Source of the DNA: Escherichia coli
GTDB lineage: Bacteria; Pseudomonadota; Gammaproteobacteria; Enterobacterales; Enterobacteriaceae
Direction: 5' to 3' (one strand)
Length of the DNA: 64,000 nucleotides
Assembly (NCBI RefSeq): GCF_003334315.1
Contig: NZ_QOWR01000013.1
Shown here piece by piece: positions 35,651-47,350 of this stretch. The number at the start of each line of letters is the position of its first letter. Position 1 is the stretch's first letter. The notes below the pieces were generated by a model. It saw nothing but the letters and a program-made list of their open reading frames with translations, was not told where the DNA came from and searched no databases. A program made the position numbers and the translations under genes.

Positions 35651-36100
35651 TCAGGACAACAGCGTGCCCCACTGTTCGACCCACGGATTTGATTCCGTTT
35701 CCGGTTCCGGGTTCTCACTGGCGTCAATCAACAGCATTTCGCCAACCCGCTGAGCGCTCTGTTCCTGCAACAAGGCATCGAACTGTTTGCCGCCATTGCA
35801 GAAATTCACATAACTACTGTCGCCGAGCGCAATCACGCCATAACGCAGATTCGGCTGGAAGCCCAGACTATCTTTGATTCCCTGAAAGAGTGGCACAATG
35901 CTATCAGGAAGGTCGCCCTGCCCGGTCGTGGACGTAACCACCAGAACATACTTATCCTGATAGGGCAGCCAGTCGCTTAATTCAGGATCTTCAAATACCG
36001 TTGCTTTGTGGCCCTGCGCGGTCAGAATCGCTTCCGCTTCTTCGGCCACTAACAGTGAATTCCCGTACATGGTGCCGACAAAAATACCAATTTCCGCCAT
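35651..36100 (-). CDS. yqcA: flavodoxin
   Basis: 149-aa ORF recognised as YqcA. Confidence 0.9.
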
Positions 36101-36117
36101 ACCGTTTTCTCCCTGGA

Positions 36118-36900
36118 TTAGGAACTTATCTCTCCATCCTGACCCGATGGCGCACTGAACTCAACCCTTTCATTTTCAGGAAGCAGACCGCGCCAGCCAA
36201 ATTGTGATAACGCCTGCATCCAGGTGTCGTCCAGGCCCGCGTGAATAGTCAGCGGCTCGCCAGTAAAAGGATGCGTCAATGACAACTGACTGGCATGTAG
36301 CATTAACCGCTGGAGGCCAAAATGCTCAGCACCGCTGCGATTCTGGCGTAAATCGCCATGTTTGCTATCGCCAATAATCGGATGACGCAAATGGGCAAGA
36401 TGTCGGCGAAGCTGATGTTTGCGTCCGGTTTTCGGCTCCAGTTCCACCAGGCCGTAGCGCGTGGTCGGGTAACGTCCGGTCGCTACCGGCATTTCTACGG
36501 TCGCCAGACCGCGATAATGCGTCACTGCTGGCTGCGGGCCTTTATCTTCGCGGGCAAATTTATCAGCGATTTTGTCCAGTTCTTCCACCAGTGGATAATC
36601 CAGCACCGCTTCTTCCATCAACCAGCCGCGCACAATCGCATGGTAACGTTTCTGGATTTGGTGCTGTTCAAACTGTTGTGCCAGCAGCCGTCCGGCCTCG
36701 CTGGATAATCCCATCAACAACACACCAGAAGTGGGTCGGTCCAGACGATGAGCAGTAAAAACATGCTGGCCTATCTGGTCACGCACGGTTTGCATGACCA
36801 CTACTTTCTCGTCGCGATCCAGCCAGCTGCGGTGAACCAGCCAGCCGGAGGGTTTATTTACCGCAACCAGCCATTCATCCTGATAGAGTATTTCCAGCAT
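36118..36900 (-). CDS. truC: tRNA pseudouridine(65) synthase
   Basis: 260-aa ORF recognised as TruC; catalytic aspartate motif HRLDRPTSG. Confidence 0.93.
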
Positions 36901-37229
36901 TAGCTCGCATCATCCGCAAAAAGAGCATCCAGTTTTTCCAGCTCAGCCAGAATAAGCGCGCGTTGCGGATGGTCCGTCGCCAGCGCCATTTCATAATAGG
37001 GTGCAACGGCAAAAGCGCCCGGTAACGGCTGTTTGTTATCTAACAAATCGTGCATTCGCGGGATCAGCACCCACTGCAACCACTCCAGTGGTTCCATGGT
37101 GTCCATAAAGAACGGTTGGGTACTATTAAATTGATGCGGCTGGGGTTCATCGTTTCGCCAGTGCTGATGTTCACGCAGTAACGCTTCAAGCGCCTGCAAC
37201 TGGAGACGAACGCGGTCATGAGTGGTCAT
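36900..37229 (-). CDS. yqcC: DUF446-family protein
   Basis: 109-aa ORF recognised as YqcC. Confidence 0.88.
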   Translation of the reverse strand: MTTHDRVRLQLQALEALLREHQHWRNDEPQPHQFNSTQPFFMDTMEPLEWLQWVLIPRMHDLLDNKQPLPGAFAVAPYYEMALATDHPQRALILAELEKLDALFADDAS

Positions 37230-37271
37230 AAAGCAACCTCAATAAGAAAAACTGCCGCGAAGGATAGCAGG

Positions 37272-37631
37272 AATAAAAAAAGGGAGCACTGTATTCACAG
37301 CGCTCCCGGTTCGTTTCGCAGCATTCCAGCTACTTTTGTTGCTCCCTGCTCATCCTTGACAACTTTTCCTCTGGCCTTGCGGCCAATCGTTCATCCTGAA
37401 CTATTGCTTCCTGCTCACACCACCCCGATGTGATACTTCATCCTGAAGTGTCCCTGGCCTTCCTGACCCACCGAATCATCCTGACCGGTTCTCATTCTCC
37501 ATCCTGGAGGTGTCCTTTAACGCGTCCTGCGTCATCCTCTTCGCTTCATCCAGAAGCCTTTCCCTGAAACACCATCCTGGTGTGTCCTGCAGAAGTGTCA
37601 TCATCCTGATGTTCACTTCGTTGTCTGACTC
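37272..37631 (-). ncRNA. csrB: CsrB small RNA (CsrA-sequestering)
   Basis: Plus strand carries about 18 copies of CATCCTG, that is CAGGATG / AGGA CsrA-binding motifs on the minus strand; 3-prime end is a GGGAGCGCTGTGAATACAGTGCTCCC hairpin plus U-run; 5-prime end near GAGTCAGACAACGAAG (sequence recognised from memory). Confidence 0.92.
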
Positions 37632-37813
37632 CCTGTCGACGAAGATAGAATCGTCTTTTTCGCGAAGTCTTACAAGGCGCTTACAGACAATGCCTTAAGG
37701 AAAATTTCATATGAAAGTTAAGAATTAACAATCAACATTTTGATTTTAAATGAAAATAACGATTCTTATCTTTTTAAGTATTCGCTTATTTCCTGGCGAT
37801 CTCCTACAGAGTC

Positions 37814-37831
37814 TGTAAGAGATCTCTCACA
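37814..37831. promoter_or_regulatory. 18-bp palindrome upstream of csrB (UvrY-type response-regulator site)
   Basis: TGTAAGAGATCTCTCACA, a perfect inverted repeat about 185-200 nt upstream of the csrB 5-prime end. Confidence 0.7.
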
Positions 37832-37850
37832 ACCAGATGGGATATTTGGA

Positions 37851-38396
37851 TTACAGAAGAGGCTTAAGTTGATTAAGGAATTCCGCAAGATTTGAGGCTA
37901 AATGCGTCCGTTTACGTGTTCCCAGCGTCTCTTTGCACACTTCACCGGAGAGATTACACACCGAGATGACCTCTAACTCTTCTTCCAGCGTCGCGATAAA
38001 TAGTGTGGGCGGCAGTTTTAGCCTTTTCTGAGTCACCAGATGACCAATCAGATTTTCCTGCACCCGACGGAAGTCGTCTTCACTCCAGGTTTGCAGCAAT
38101 GTCAGTTTGATATCGCCAAACTGCGCGTGCATATCCCCGGCAAACTGAGTCGTATAAAAGGTATGAATTGTGGGTTGTATCACAATATCAAAAGCGCGTT
38201 CAACCGCGTTTACATTTTGTTCCCCGGTAAACGGCTGGGGTTGCCAGTATACGGCATCTTCGGTAGTTGAAATAATGCACGGTGAAGGAACACCGTACAG
38301 TTCCTCACTTAACGGCCAGCTTTTATGCTCTTCATGCCACGCATCGCAGTAGCGTGCAGTAAAATCTTTCAGGGCTTGTGCGGTCAAATCGTCCAC
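37851..38396 (-). CDS. syd: SecY-interacting protein Syd
   Basis: 181-aa ORF recognised as Syd. Confidence 0.93.
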
Positions 38397-38463
38397 TAAT
38401 TTCTCTCTTCACTTAAACCAGATACACTTGTCGTTTAGTTTATCTGGTTTATGACGGTGAAAC

Positions 38464-39312
38464 ATGTCTTCTTATGCAAACCATCAGGCACTTGCGGGCC
38501 TGACTCTTGGAAAATCAACCGATTACCGGGATACCTATGACGCCAGCCTACTGCAAGGCGTTCCACGCAGCCTGAATCGCGACCCGCTGGGTCTGAAAGC
38601 GGATAACCTGCCTTTTCACGGTACGGATATCTGGACGCTGTATGAACTTTCCTGGCTGAATGCGAAAGGTTTGCCGCAGGTCGCTGTCGGTCATGTTGAA
38701 CTTGATTACACCAGCGTAAATCTGATTGAGTCGAAGAGTTTTAAGCTCTATCTCAACAGTTTTAACCAGACGCGTTTTAATAACTGGGATGAGGTGCGCC
38801 AGACGCTGGAGCGCGACTTAAGCACTTGCGCTCAGGGTAAGATTAGCGTGGCGTTATATCGTCTTGATGAACTGGAAGGCCAGCCGATAGGTCATTTTAA
38901 TGGCACTTGCATTGATGACCAGGATATCACTATCGATAACTATGAATTCACTACTGACTATCTGGAGAATGCCACCTGTGGTGAAAAAGTAGTGGAAGAG
39001 ACGCTTGTCAGCCACCTGCTGAAATCAAACTGCCTGATCACCCATCAACCAGATTGGGGTTCGATCCAAATTCAGTATCGTGGACGCCAAATTGACAGAG
39101 AAAAACTGCTGCGTTACCTGGTCTCATTCCGTCATCACAACGAGTTCCACGAACAGTGCGTGGAACGCATCTTTAATGACCTGTTACGCTTCTGCCAGCC
39201 AGAAAAATTGAGCGTTTACGCACGTTATACCCGTCGTGGCGGTCTGGACATTAACCCGTGGCGCAGTAATAGCGATTTTGTCCCATCGACCACAAGACTG
39301 GTTCGGCAATAA
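38464..39312 (+). CDS. queF: NADPH-dependent 7-cyano-7-deazaguanine reductase
   Basis: 282-aa ORF recognised as QueF. Confidence 0.95.
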   Translation: MSSYANHQALAGLTLGKSTDYRDTYDASLLQGVPRSLNRDPLGLKADNLPFHGTDIWTLYELSWLNAKGLPQVAVGHVELDYTSVNLIESKSFKLYLNSFNQTRFNNWDEVRQTLERDLSTCAQGKISVALYRLDELEGQPIGHFNGTCIDDQDITIDNYEFTTDYLENATCGEKVVEETLVSHLLKSNCLITHQPDWGSIQIQYRGRQIDREKLLRYLVSFRHHNEFHEQCVERIFNDLLRFCQPEKLSVYARYTRRGGLDINPWRSNSDFVPSTTRLVRQ

Positions 39313-39423
39313 ATTTTTTCTCAATTTTGCGTGCTGGATTCACGCAGAAGGTTGTGAAAGGTCATCAGGCAGGGCTATTGTAATCAAAGGGAATGACGAT
39401 ATTCGTCCCATAAGGAGTTTTTC

Positions 39424-40788
39424 TTGATTACACATATTAGCCCGCTTGGCTCCATGGATATGTTGTCGCAGCTGGAAGTGGATATGCTTAAACGCACCGC
39501 CAGCAGCGACCTCTATCAACTGTTTCGCAACTGTTCACTTGCCGTACTGAACTCCGGTAGTTTGACCGATAACAGCAAAGAATTGCTGTCTCGTTTTGAA
39601 AATTTCGATATTAACGTCTTGCGCCGTGAACGCGGCGTAAAGCTGGAACTGATTAATCCCCCGGAAGAGGCTTTTGTCGATGGGCGAATTATTCGCGCTT
39701 TGCAGGCCAACTTGTTCGCGGTCCTGCGTGACATTCTCTTCGTTTACGGGCAAATCCATAACACCGTTCGTTTTCCCAACCTGAATCTCGACAACTCCGT
39801 CCACATCACTAACCTGGTCTTTTCCATCTTGCGTAACGCTCGCGCGCTGCATGTGGGTGAAGCGCCAAATATGGTGGTCTGCTGGGGCGGTCACTCAATT
39901 AACGAAAACGAGTATTTGTATGCCCGTCGCGTCGGAAACCAGCTGGGCCTGCGTGAGCTGAATATCTGCACCGGCTGTGGTCCGGGAGCGATGGAAGCGC
40001 CGATGAAAGGTGCTGCGGTCGGACACGCGCAGCAGCGTTACAAAGACAGTCGTTTTATTGGTATGACAGAGCCGTCGATTATCGCTGCTGAACCGCCTAA
40101 CCCGCTGGTCAACGAATTGATCATCATGCCAGATATCGAAAAACGTCTGGAAGCGTTTGTCCGTATCGCTCACGGTATCATTATCTTCCCTGGCGGTGTG
40201 GGTACGGCAGAAGAGTTGCTCTATTTGCTGGGAATTTTAATGAACCCGGCCAACAAAGATCAGGTTTTACCATTGATCCTCACCGGCCCGAAAGAGAGCG
40301 CCGACTACTTCCGCGTACTGGACGAGTTTGTCGTGCATACGCTGGGTGAAAACGCGCGCCGCCATTACCGCATCATCATTGATGACGCCGCTGAAGTCGC
40401 TCGTCAGATGAAAAAATCGATGCCGCTGGTGAAAGAAAATCGCCGTGATACAGGCGATGCCTACAGCTTTAACTGGTCAATGCGCATTGCGCCAGATTTG
40501 CAAATGCCGTTTGAGCCGTCTCACGAGAATATGGCTAATCTGAAGCTTTACCCGGATCAACCTGTTGAAGTGCTGGCTGCCGACCTACGCCGTGCGTTCT
40601 CCGGTATTGTGGCGGGTAACGTAAAAGAAGTCGGTATTCGCGCCATTGAAGAGTTTGGTCCTTACAAAATCAACGGCGATAAAGAGATTATGCGTCGTAT
40701 GGACGACCTGCTACAGGGTTTTGTTGCCCAGCATCGTATGAAGTTGCCAGGCTCAGCCTACATCCCTTGCTACGAAATCTGCACGTAA
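39424..40788 (+). CDS. ppnN: pyrimidine/purine nucleotide 5-prime-monophosphate nucleosidase (LOG family)
   Basis: 454-aa ORF recognised as PpnN (YgdH); first codon is TTG, preceded by AAGGAG Shine-Dalgarno. Confidence 0.92.
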
Positions 40789-40795
40789 TCTCCGC

Positions 40796-40833
40796 TCCCC
40801 CGGTGACGTTTGTTGCCGGGTTTTCTCGTTTTT
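40796..40833 (+). terminator. possible intrinsic terminator after ppnN
   Basis: Short CCCGG / CCGGG stem followed by TTTTCTCGTTTTT; weak stem. Confidence 0.35.
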
Positions 40834-41344
40834 GGTCACTTACTCATCAACTCATTTCATTTGTTATATGAATGTTTCTTACCACCCTCACGCGACAAAT
40901 ATCATCACAGTTAATATGTCATACAATTTATGTTGCAACGCAAACGTTTCCCTATTTTCATAAACCGTATTTTATCGCTATGAAAAAGAAATTATCGCCA
41001 TGATTAACTAAAAGTATTGATTTTTTCAGTTCAACCTACATATATTGCGCGCCCCGGAAGAAGTCAGATGTCGTTTAATGGGCAAATATTGCCCTTAAAT
41101 TCTCTTTTACTTTTGATTTACAGAGTAAAGCGTTGGGATAATCTATCTTCCAAGTAGATTATTGTATTTGAGATCAAGATCACTGATAGATACATAACTT
41201 GTGTGTATCTTTCCGCCCTCAAATTATTACGGCGGTAAATGATTAAGCCATCGCCGATAGACAGATTTCATTTTTACGGTCAGGCACCTTCCCGGGCTGA
41301 ACTGGCTAAAAGCTGAATTATTTGCATTCCTCCAGGAGAAATAG

Positions 41345-42634
41345 ATGGAAACGACTCAAACCAGCACGATTGCGTCGAAAGACTCTCGTAGTGCCTGGCG
41401 CAAGACAGACACCATGTGGATGTTGGGCCTTTACGGCACGGCAATCGGCGCGGGCGTGCTGTTCCTGCCAATCAACGCCGGTGTTGGCGGTATGATCCCG
41501 CTGATCATCATGGCTATCCTTGCGTTCCCGATGACATTTTTTGCACACCGCGGCCTGACTCGCTTCGTACTGTCTGGTAAAAACCCGGGCGAAGACATCA
41601 CCGAGGTTGTAGAAGAACACTTTGGTATTGGCGCAGGTAAACTGATTACCCTGCTCTATTTCTTCGCTATCTACCCGATCCTGCTGGTTTATAGCGTAGC
41701 AATCACCAATACAGTTGAAAGCTTCATGTCTCACCAGCTGGGTATGACACCACCGCCGCGTGCGATTCTGTCGCTGATCCTGATCGTGGGTATGATGACC
41801 ATCGTTCGCTTCGGTGAGCAGATGATCGTTAAAGCGATGAGTATTCTGGTATTCCCGTTTGTTGGCGTACTGATGCTGCTGGCTCTGTACCTGATCCCGC
41901 AGTGGAACGGCGCAGCACTGGAAACGCTGTCTCTGGACACTGCATCTGCAACCGGGAACGGTCTGTGGATGACCCTGTGGCTGGCAATTCCGGTAATGGT
42001 GTTCTCGTTCAACCACTCTCCGATCATCTCTTCTTTCGCCGTTGCGAAGCGTGAAGAGTACGGCGATATGGCAGAACAGAAATGCTCGAAGATCCTTGCA
42101 TTCGCACACATCATGATGGTGCTGACCGTAATGTTCTTCGTCTTCAGCTGCGTACTGAGCCTGACTCCGGCAGACCTGGCTGCGGCTAAAGAGCAGAACA
42201 TCTCGATTCTGTCTTACCTGGCTAACCACTTTAACGCACCGGTTATCGCGTGGATGGCTCCGATTATCGCGATTATCGCTATCACCAAATCCTTCCTCGG
42301 CCACTACCTGGGCGCACGTGAAGGCTTCAACGGTATGGTGATTAAATCTCTGCGTGGTAAAGGTAAGTCTATCGAAATCAACAAGCTGAACCGTATCACT
42401 GCGCTGTTCATGCTGGTAACGACCTGGATTGTTGCCACCCTGAACCCGAGCATCCTGGGTATGATTGAAACCCTGGGCGGCCCAATCATCGCGATGATCC
42501 TGTTCCTGATGCCGATGTACGCAATTCAGAAAGTACCGGCAATGCGTAAGTACAGCGGTCACATCAGCAACGTATTCGTTGTCGTGATGGGTCTGATTGC
42601 AATCTCCGCAATCTTCTACTCTCTGTTCAGCTAA
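41345..42634 (+). CDS. sdaC: serine:H+ symporter
   Basis: 429-aa ORF recognised as SdaC; preceded by a roughly 550-bp untranslated leader. Confidence 0.96.
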   Translation: METTQTSTIASKDSRSAWRKTDTMWMLGLYGTAIGAGVLFLPINAGVGGMIPLIIMAILAFPMTFFAHRGLTRFVLSGKNPGEDITEVVEEHFGIGAGKLITLLYFFAIYPILLVYSVAITNTVESFMSHQLGMTPPPRAILSLILIVGMMTIVRFGEQMIVKAMSILVFPFVGVLMLLALYLIPQWNGAALETLSLDTASATGNGLWMTLWLAIPVMVFSFNHSPIISSFAVAKREEYGDMAEQKCSKILAFAHIMMVLTVMFFVFSCVLSLTPADLAAAKEQNISILSYLANHFNAPVIAWMAPIIAIIAITKSFLGHYLGAREGFNGMVIKSLRGKGKSIEINKLNRITALFMLVTTWIVATLNPSILGMIETLGGPIIAMILFLMPMYAIQKVPAMRKYSGHISNVFVVVMGLIAISAIFYSLFS

Positions 42635-42691
42635 GTCCTTTCGCGCCGCTTTCGGGCGGCGCTTCCTCCGTTTTAACGCGATGTATTTCCT

Positions 42692-44059
42692 ATGATTAGC
42701 GTATTCGATATTTTCAAAATCGGCATTGGCCCTTCCAGTTCTCATACCGTTGGACCAATGAAAGCGGGTAAACAATTTACCGACGATCTGATTGCCCGTA
42801 ATCTGCTTAAAGACGTGACCCGCGTGGTGGTTGACGTGTACGGCTCGCTCTCTCTGACCGGTAAAGGCCACCACACTGATATCGCCATTATTATGGGCCT
42901 GGCGGGTAACCTGCCGGATACCGTGGATATCGATTCCATCCCTGGTTTTATTCAGGATGTGAATACTCATGGTCGCCTGATGCTGGCAAACGGTCAGCAT
43001 GAAGTGGAGTTCCCGGTTGATCAGTGCATGAACTTCCATGCAGACAACCTTTCTCTGCATGAAAACGGTATGCGCATTACCGCGCTGGCGGGCGATAAAG
43101 TCGTTTACAGCCAGACTTACTACTCTATTGGCGGTGGCTTTATCGTTGATGAAGAGCATTTTGGCCAGCAGAATAGCGCACCGGTTGAAGTTCCTTATCC
43201 GTACAGTTCAGCAGCCGATCTGCAAAAACATTGTCAGGAAACCGGGCTGTCACTCTCTGGCCTGATGATGAAAAATGAGCTGGCGCTGCACAGCAAAGAA
43301 GAGCTGGAACAGCACCTGGCGAACGTATGGGAAGTCATGCGTGGCGGTATTGAGCGCGGTATTTCCACCGAAGGCGTGTTGCCTGGCAAACTGCGCGTTC
43401 CACGCCGTGCTGCGGCACTACGCCGGATGCTGGTCAGCCAGGATAAAACCACCACTGACCCGATGGCGGTTGTTGACTGGATCAACATGTTTGCACTGGC
43501 AGTGAACGAAGAGAACGCTGCTGGCGGACGCGTGGTGACTGCGCCGACTAACGGTGCGTGCGGGATTATCCCGGCAGTGCTGGCGTACTACGACAAGTTT
43601 ATCCGCGAAGTGAACGCTAACTCACTGGCTCGTTACCTGCTGGTAGCCAGTGCCATTGGTTCTCTTTATAAGATGAACGCGTCAATTTCTGGTGCTGAAG
43701 TCGGCTGCCAGGGTGAAGTTGGTGTGGCGTGCTCAATGGCGGCGGCTGGTCTGGCAGAACTGTTAGGTGCAAGCCCGGCGCAGGTGTGCATCGCGGCGGA
43801 AATCGCCATGGAGCACAACCTCGGTCTGACGTGTGACCCGGTCGCCGGACAGGTCCAGGTGCCATGCATCGAGCGTAACGCCATTGCGGCAGTAAAAGCG
43901 GTGAACGCCGCACGTATGGCGCTACGCCGTACCAGCGAGCCGCGCGTCTGCCTCGATAAAGTTATCGAAACCATGTACGAAACAGGTAAAGATATGAACG
44001 CCAAGTACCGCGAAACCTCTCGCGGCGGCCTGGCAATGAAGATCGTTGCCTGCGATTAA
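42692..44059 (+). CDS. sdaB: L-serine dehydratase 2
   Basis: 455-aa ORF recognised as SdaB. Confidence 0.96.
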   Translation: MISVFDIFKIGIGPSSSHTVGPMKAGKQFTDDLIARNLLKDVTRVVVDVYGSLSLTGKGHHTDIAIIMGLAGNLPDTVDIDSIPGFIQDVNTHGRLMLANGQHEVEFPVDQCMNFHADNLSLHENGMRITALAGDKVVYSQTYYSIGGGFIVDEEHFGQQNSAPVEVPYPYSSAADLQKHCQETGLSLSGLMMKNELALHSKEELEQHLANVWEVMRGGIERGISTEGVLPGKLRVPRRAAALRRMLVSQDKTTTDPMAVVDWINMFALAVNEENAAGGRVVTAPTNGACGIIPAVLAYYDKFIREVNANSLARYLLVASAIGSLYKMNASISGAEVGCQGEVGVACSMAAAGLAELLGASPAQVCIAAEIAMEHNLGLTCDPVAGQVQVPCIERNAIAAVKAVNAARMALRRTSEPRVCLDKVIETMYETGKDMNAKYRETSRGGLAMKIVACD

Positions 44060-44926
<867 letters not shown>

Positions 44927-44980
44927 CGGCGAGCCGGATACGCCGCAAACGTCGTATCCGGCATTATCACATCAGCGCAT

Positions 44981-46132
44981 TTACCAGGCGGTATGGTAAA
45001 GCTCTACAATATCCTCAAGCGTTGCTTCACGCGGGTTGCCACCGGTACAAACATCATCCAGTGCCGCCTGCGCCAGTGCCGGAATGTCTTCCTTGCGTAC
45101 ACCAACATCACGCAAATGTGGCGGAATACCGACATCACGGTTGAGAGCAAACACCGCTTCAACAGCGGCATTACGCGCCTCTTCCAGGCTCATACCTTCC
45201 ACTTTCACGCCCATAACGCGCGCGATATCGCGGTACTTCTCACCGGTAAAGTCAGCGTTATAACGCATGACATGCGGTAACAGGATGGCGTTCGCAACAC
45301 CGTGTGGAGTGTTATAAAACGCGCCCAGTGGATGCGCCATACCATGCACCAACCCTAACCCAACATTCGAGAAGCCCATACCCGCAACATACTGCCCGAG
45401 CGCCATTTCTTCTCCGGCATCCTTATCACCAGCAACCGATCCTCGCAGCGCCCCAGCAATGATTTCAATCGCTTTAATGTGCAGTGCATCGGTTAGCGCC
45501 CACGCGCCACGGGTAATATACCCCTCAATAGCATGAGTGAGCGCATCGACACCCGTCGCAGCTTTCAGCGCTGGAGGCATACCATCCATCATGTCAGCGT
45601 CAATAAACGCCACCTGCGGGATATCATGCGGATCAACGCAAACAAACTTGCGCCGTTTCTCTTCGTCAGTGATCACGTAGTTAATGGTCACTTCTGCCGC
45701 AGTACCTGCTGTGGTAGGAATTGCCAGAATCGGTACACTGGGTTTATTGGTCGGGGAAAGCCCTTCCAGGCTACGCACATCGGCAAACTCCGGGTTGTTG
45801 CTGATAATGCCAATCGCTTTACAAGTATCCTGTGGAGAACCACCACCAATAGCGATCAGGTAATCCGCGCCGCTATTCTGGAATACACCGAGCCCTTCTT
45901 TGACGACAGTAATTGTTGGGTTGGGCACTACGCCGTCGTAAATCGCCCATGCCAGCCCTGCAGCATCCATCTTATCGGTCACTTTCGCCACCACGCCGCA
46001 TTGCACCAGCGTTTTATCGGTGACGATCAGCGCCTTCTGATAACCACGGCGTTTCACCTCATCGGTTAAAGCCCCAACAGCACCCCGACCAAACCATGCC
46101 GTTTCGTTCAGAATCATTCTGTTAGCCATCAT
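44981..46132 (-). CDS. fucO: L-1,2-propanediol oxidoreductase (lactaldehyde reductase)
   Basis: ORF recognised as FucO; it begins MMANRMILNE, so the start may be the second Met (46129). Confidence 0.95.
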   Translation of the reverse strand: MMANRMILNETAWFGRGAVGALTDEVKRRGYQKALIVTDKTLVQCGVVAKVTDKMDAAGLAWAIYDGVVPNPTITVVKEGLGVFQNSGADYLIAIGGGSPQDTCKAIGIISNNPEFADVRSLEGLSPTNKPSVPILAIPTTAGTAAEVTINYVITDEEKRRKFVCVDPHDIPQVAFIDADMMDGMPPALKAATGVDALTHAIEGYITRGAWALTDALHIKAIEIIAGALRGSVAGDKDAGEEMALGQYVAGMGFSNVGLGLVHGMAHPLGAFYNTPHGVANAILLPHVMRYNADFTGEKYRDIARVMGVKVEGMSLEEARNAAVEAVFALNRDVGIPPHLRDVGVRKEDIPALAQAALDDVCTGGNPREATLEDIVELYHTAW

Positions 46133-46156
46133 CCTTCTCCTTGTTGCTTTACGAAA

Positions 46157-46804
46157 TTACTCTTCAATTCGTAACCCATAGGTTTTGAATTTCTCCAGCA
46201 CTACGGCAATCTCTTCATCGCTCAGCACTGGCACCGGGTCCGTAATCGCCAGGGTCGTCAGGTAAAGTTGCGCCAGCACTTCAACTTCATGCGCCAGCCA
46301 TAACGCTTTTTCCAGATTCACCTCACAAGCGATAAGCCCATGATGTTGTAACAAAGTTGCCTTACGATTTTTGAGAGCCAGCGCAACATGTTCAGAAAGT
46401 TCGCGTGTTCCAAAGGTCGCATAAGGCGCGCAAGGAATAGAATTACCGCCAGCCGCCGCAATCATGTAGTGAATAGCGGGGATCGATCGGTTAAGAATGG
46501 AAACTGCCGTGCAATGAACGGCATGATTGTGAACAACCGCGTTGGCATCCGGTCTGCTTTGATAGGCTGCCATATGGAAACGCCATTCGCTTGAGGGGAG
46601 CTTTCCTTCCTCATGTTTACCGTTGCCATCAATAAAGACAATATGCGACTCCGTCAGTTTTTCATATGGAATGCCTGTAGGCGTAATCAGCATCCCATCC
46701 TGATAACGTACACTGACGTTCCCCGCTGTCCCCTGGTTCAGTCCCAGGCGGGTCATTTCCAGGCAAGTGTCAATAATCTGACGAGCAAGTTTATTTCGTT
46801 CCAT
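46157..46804 (-). CDS. fucA: L-fuculose-phosphate aldolase
   Basis: 215-aa ORF recognised as FucA. Confidence 0.96.
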   Translation of the reverse strand: MERNKLARQIIDTCLEMTRLGLNQGTAGNVSVRYQDGMLITPTGIPYEKLTESHIVFIDGNGKHEEGKLPSSEWRFHMAAYQSRPDANAVVHNHAVHCTAVSILNRSIPAIHYMIAAAGGNSIPCAPYATFGTRELSEHVALALKNRKATLLQHHGLIACEVNLEKALWLAHEVEVLAQLYLTTLAITDPVPVLSDEEIAVVLEKFKTYGLRIEE

Positions 46805-47350
46805 TAGCTACCTCTCTCTGATTCAAAACAGGGCAATAATGTTGTTCCTTTCACACTATTGAATTAGCCGTTTAATTACCCACCATCTTCTTCCTGATTA
46901 ACAAGAAAGAAATTCACAAGCTTATATTTTGTGACCTGGTTCAACTAATCACAGTAAATAACTGCAAGTTCTCTTTTTATAACCCCATTAAAAATGACCG
47001 CTCTTAAAAATATTTATCAAAACGGTCATTTTTCTATTCCTCCAAGCCCGGAATGACCGTTTTCGGCACAAACAATTAATACGGTCATCTGATTTGTGTT
47101 TTTTATGATTTATTTTCTGAAACGGGCATGAAATTTCGATTATTAAAGTGATGGTAGTCACATAAAGTCACCTTCTAGCTAATAAGTGTGACCGCCGTCA
47201 TATTACAGAGCGTTTTTTATTTGAAAATGAATCCATGAGTTCATTTCAGACAGGCAAATATTCACTGATATGAAGCCCGAACTCGCTGGTTTTGCACTTT
47301 TGAAAACATAACCGATTACGTGCTTAAGCTTCTGAACCTAAGAGGATGCT
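46805..47350. promoter_or_regulatory. fucAO / fucPIKUR divergent control region
   Basis: 546-bp AT-rich gap between divergent operons; repeated ATGACCG / CGGTCAT motifs and TGTGA...TCACA-like elements. Confidence 0.6.

Noticed and set aside
41318-43159. 613-aa minus-strand ORF spanning sdaC and sdaB
   Set aside because: Entirely antisense to two confidently recognised genes; translation is low-complexity (H/Q/R/C-rich) with no recognisable domain. Treated as a chance open frame in GC-rich coding sequence.
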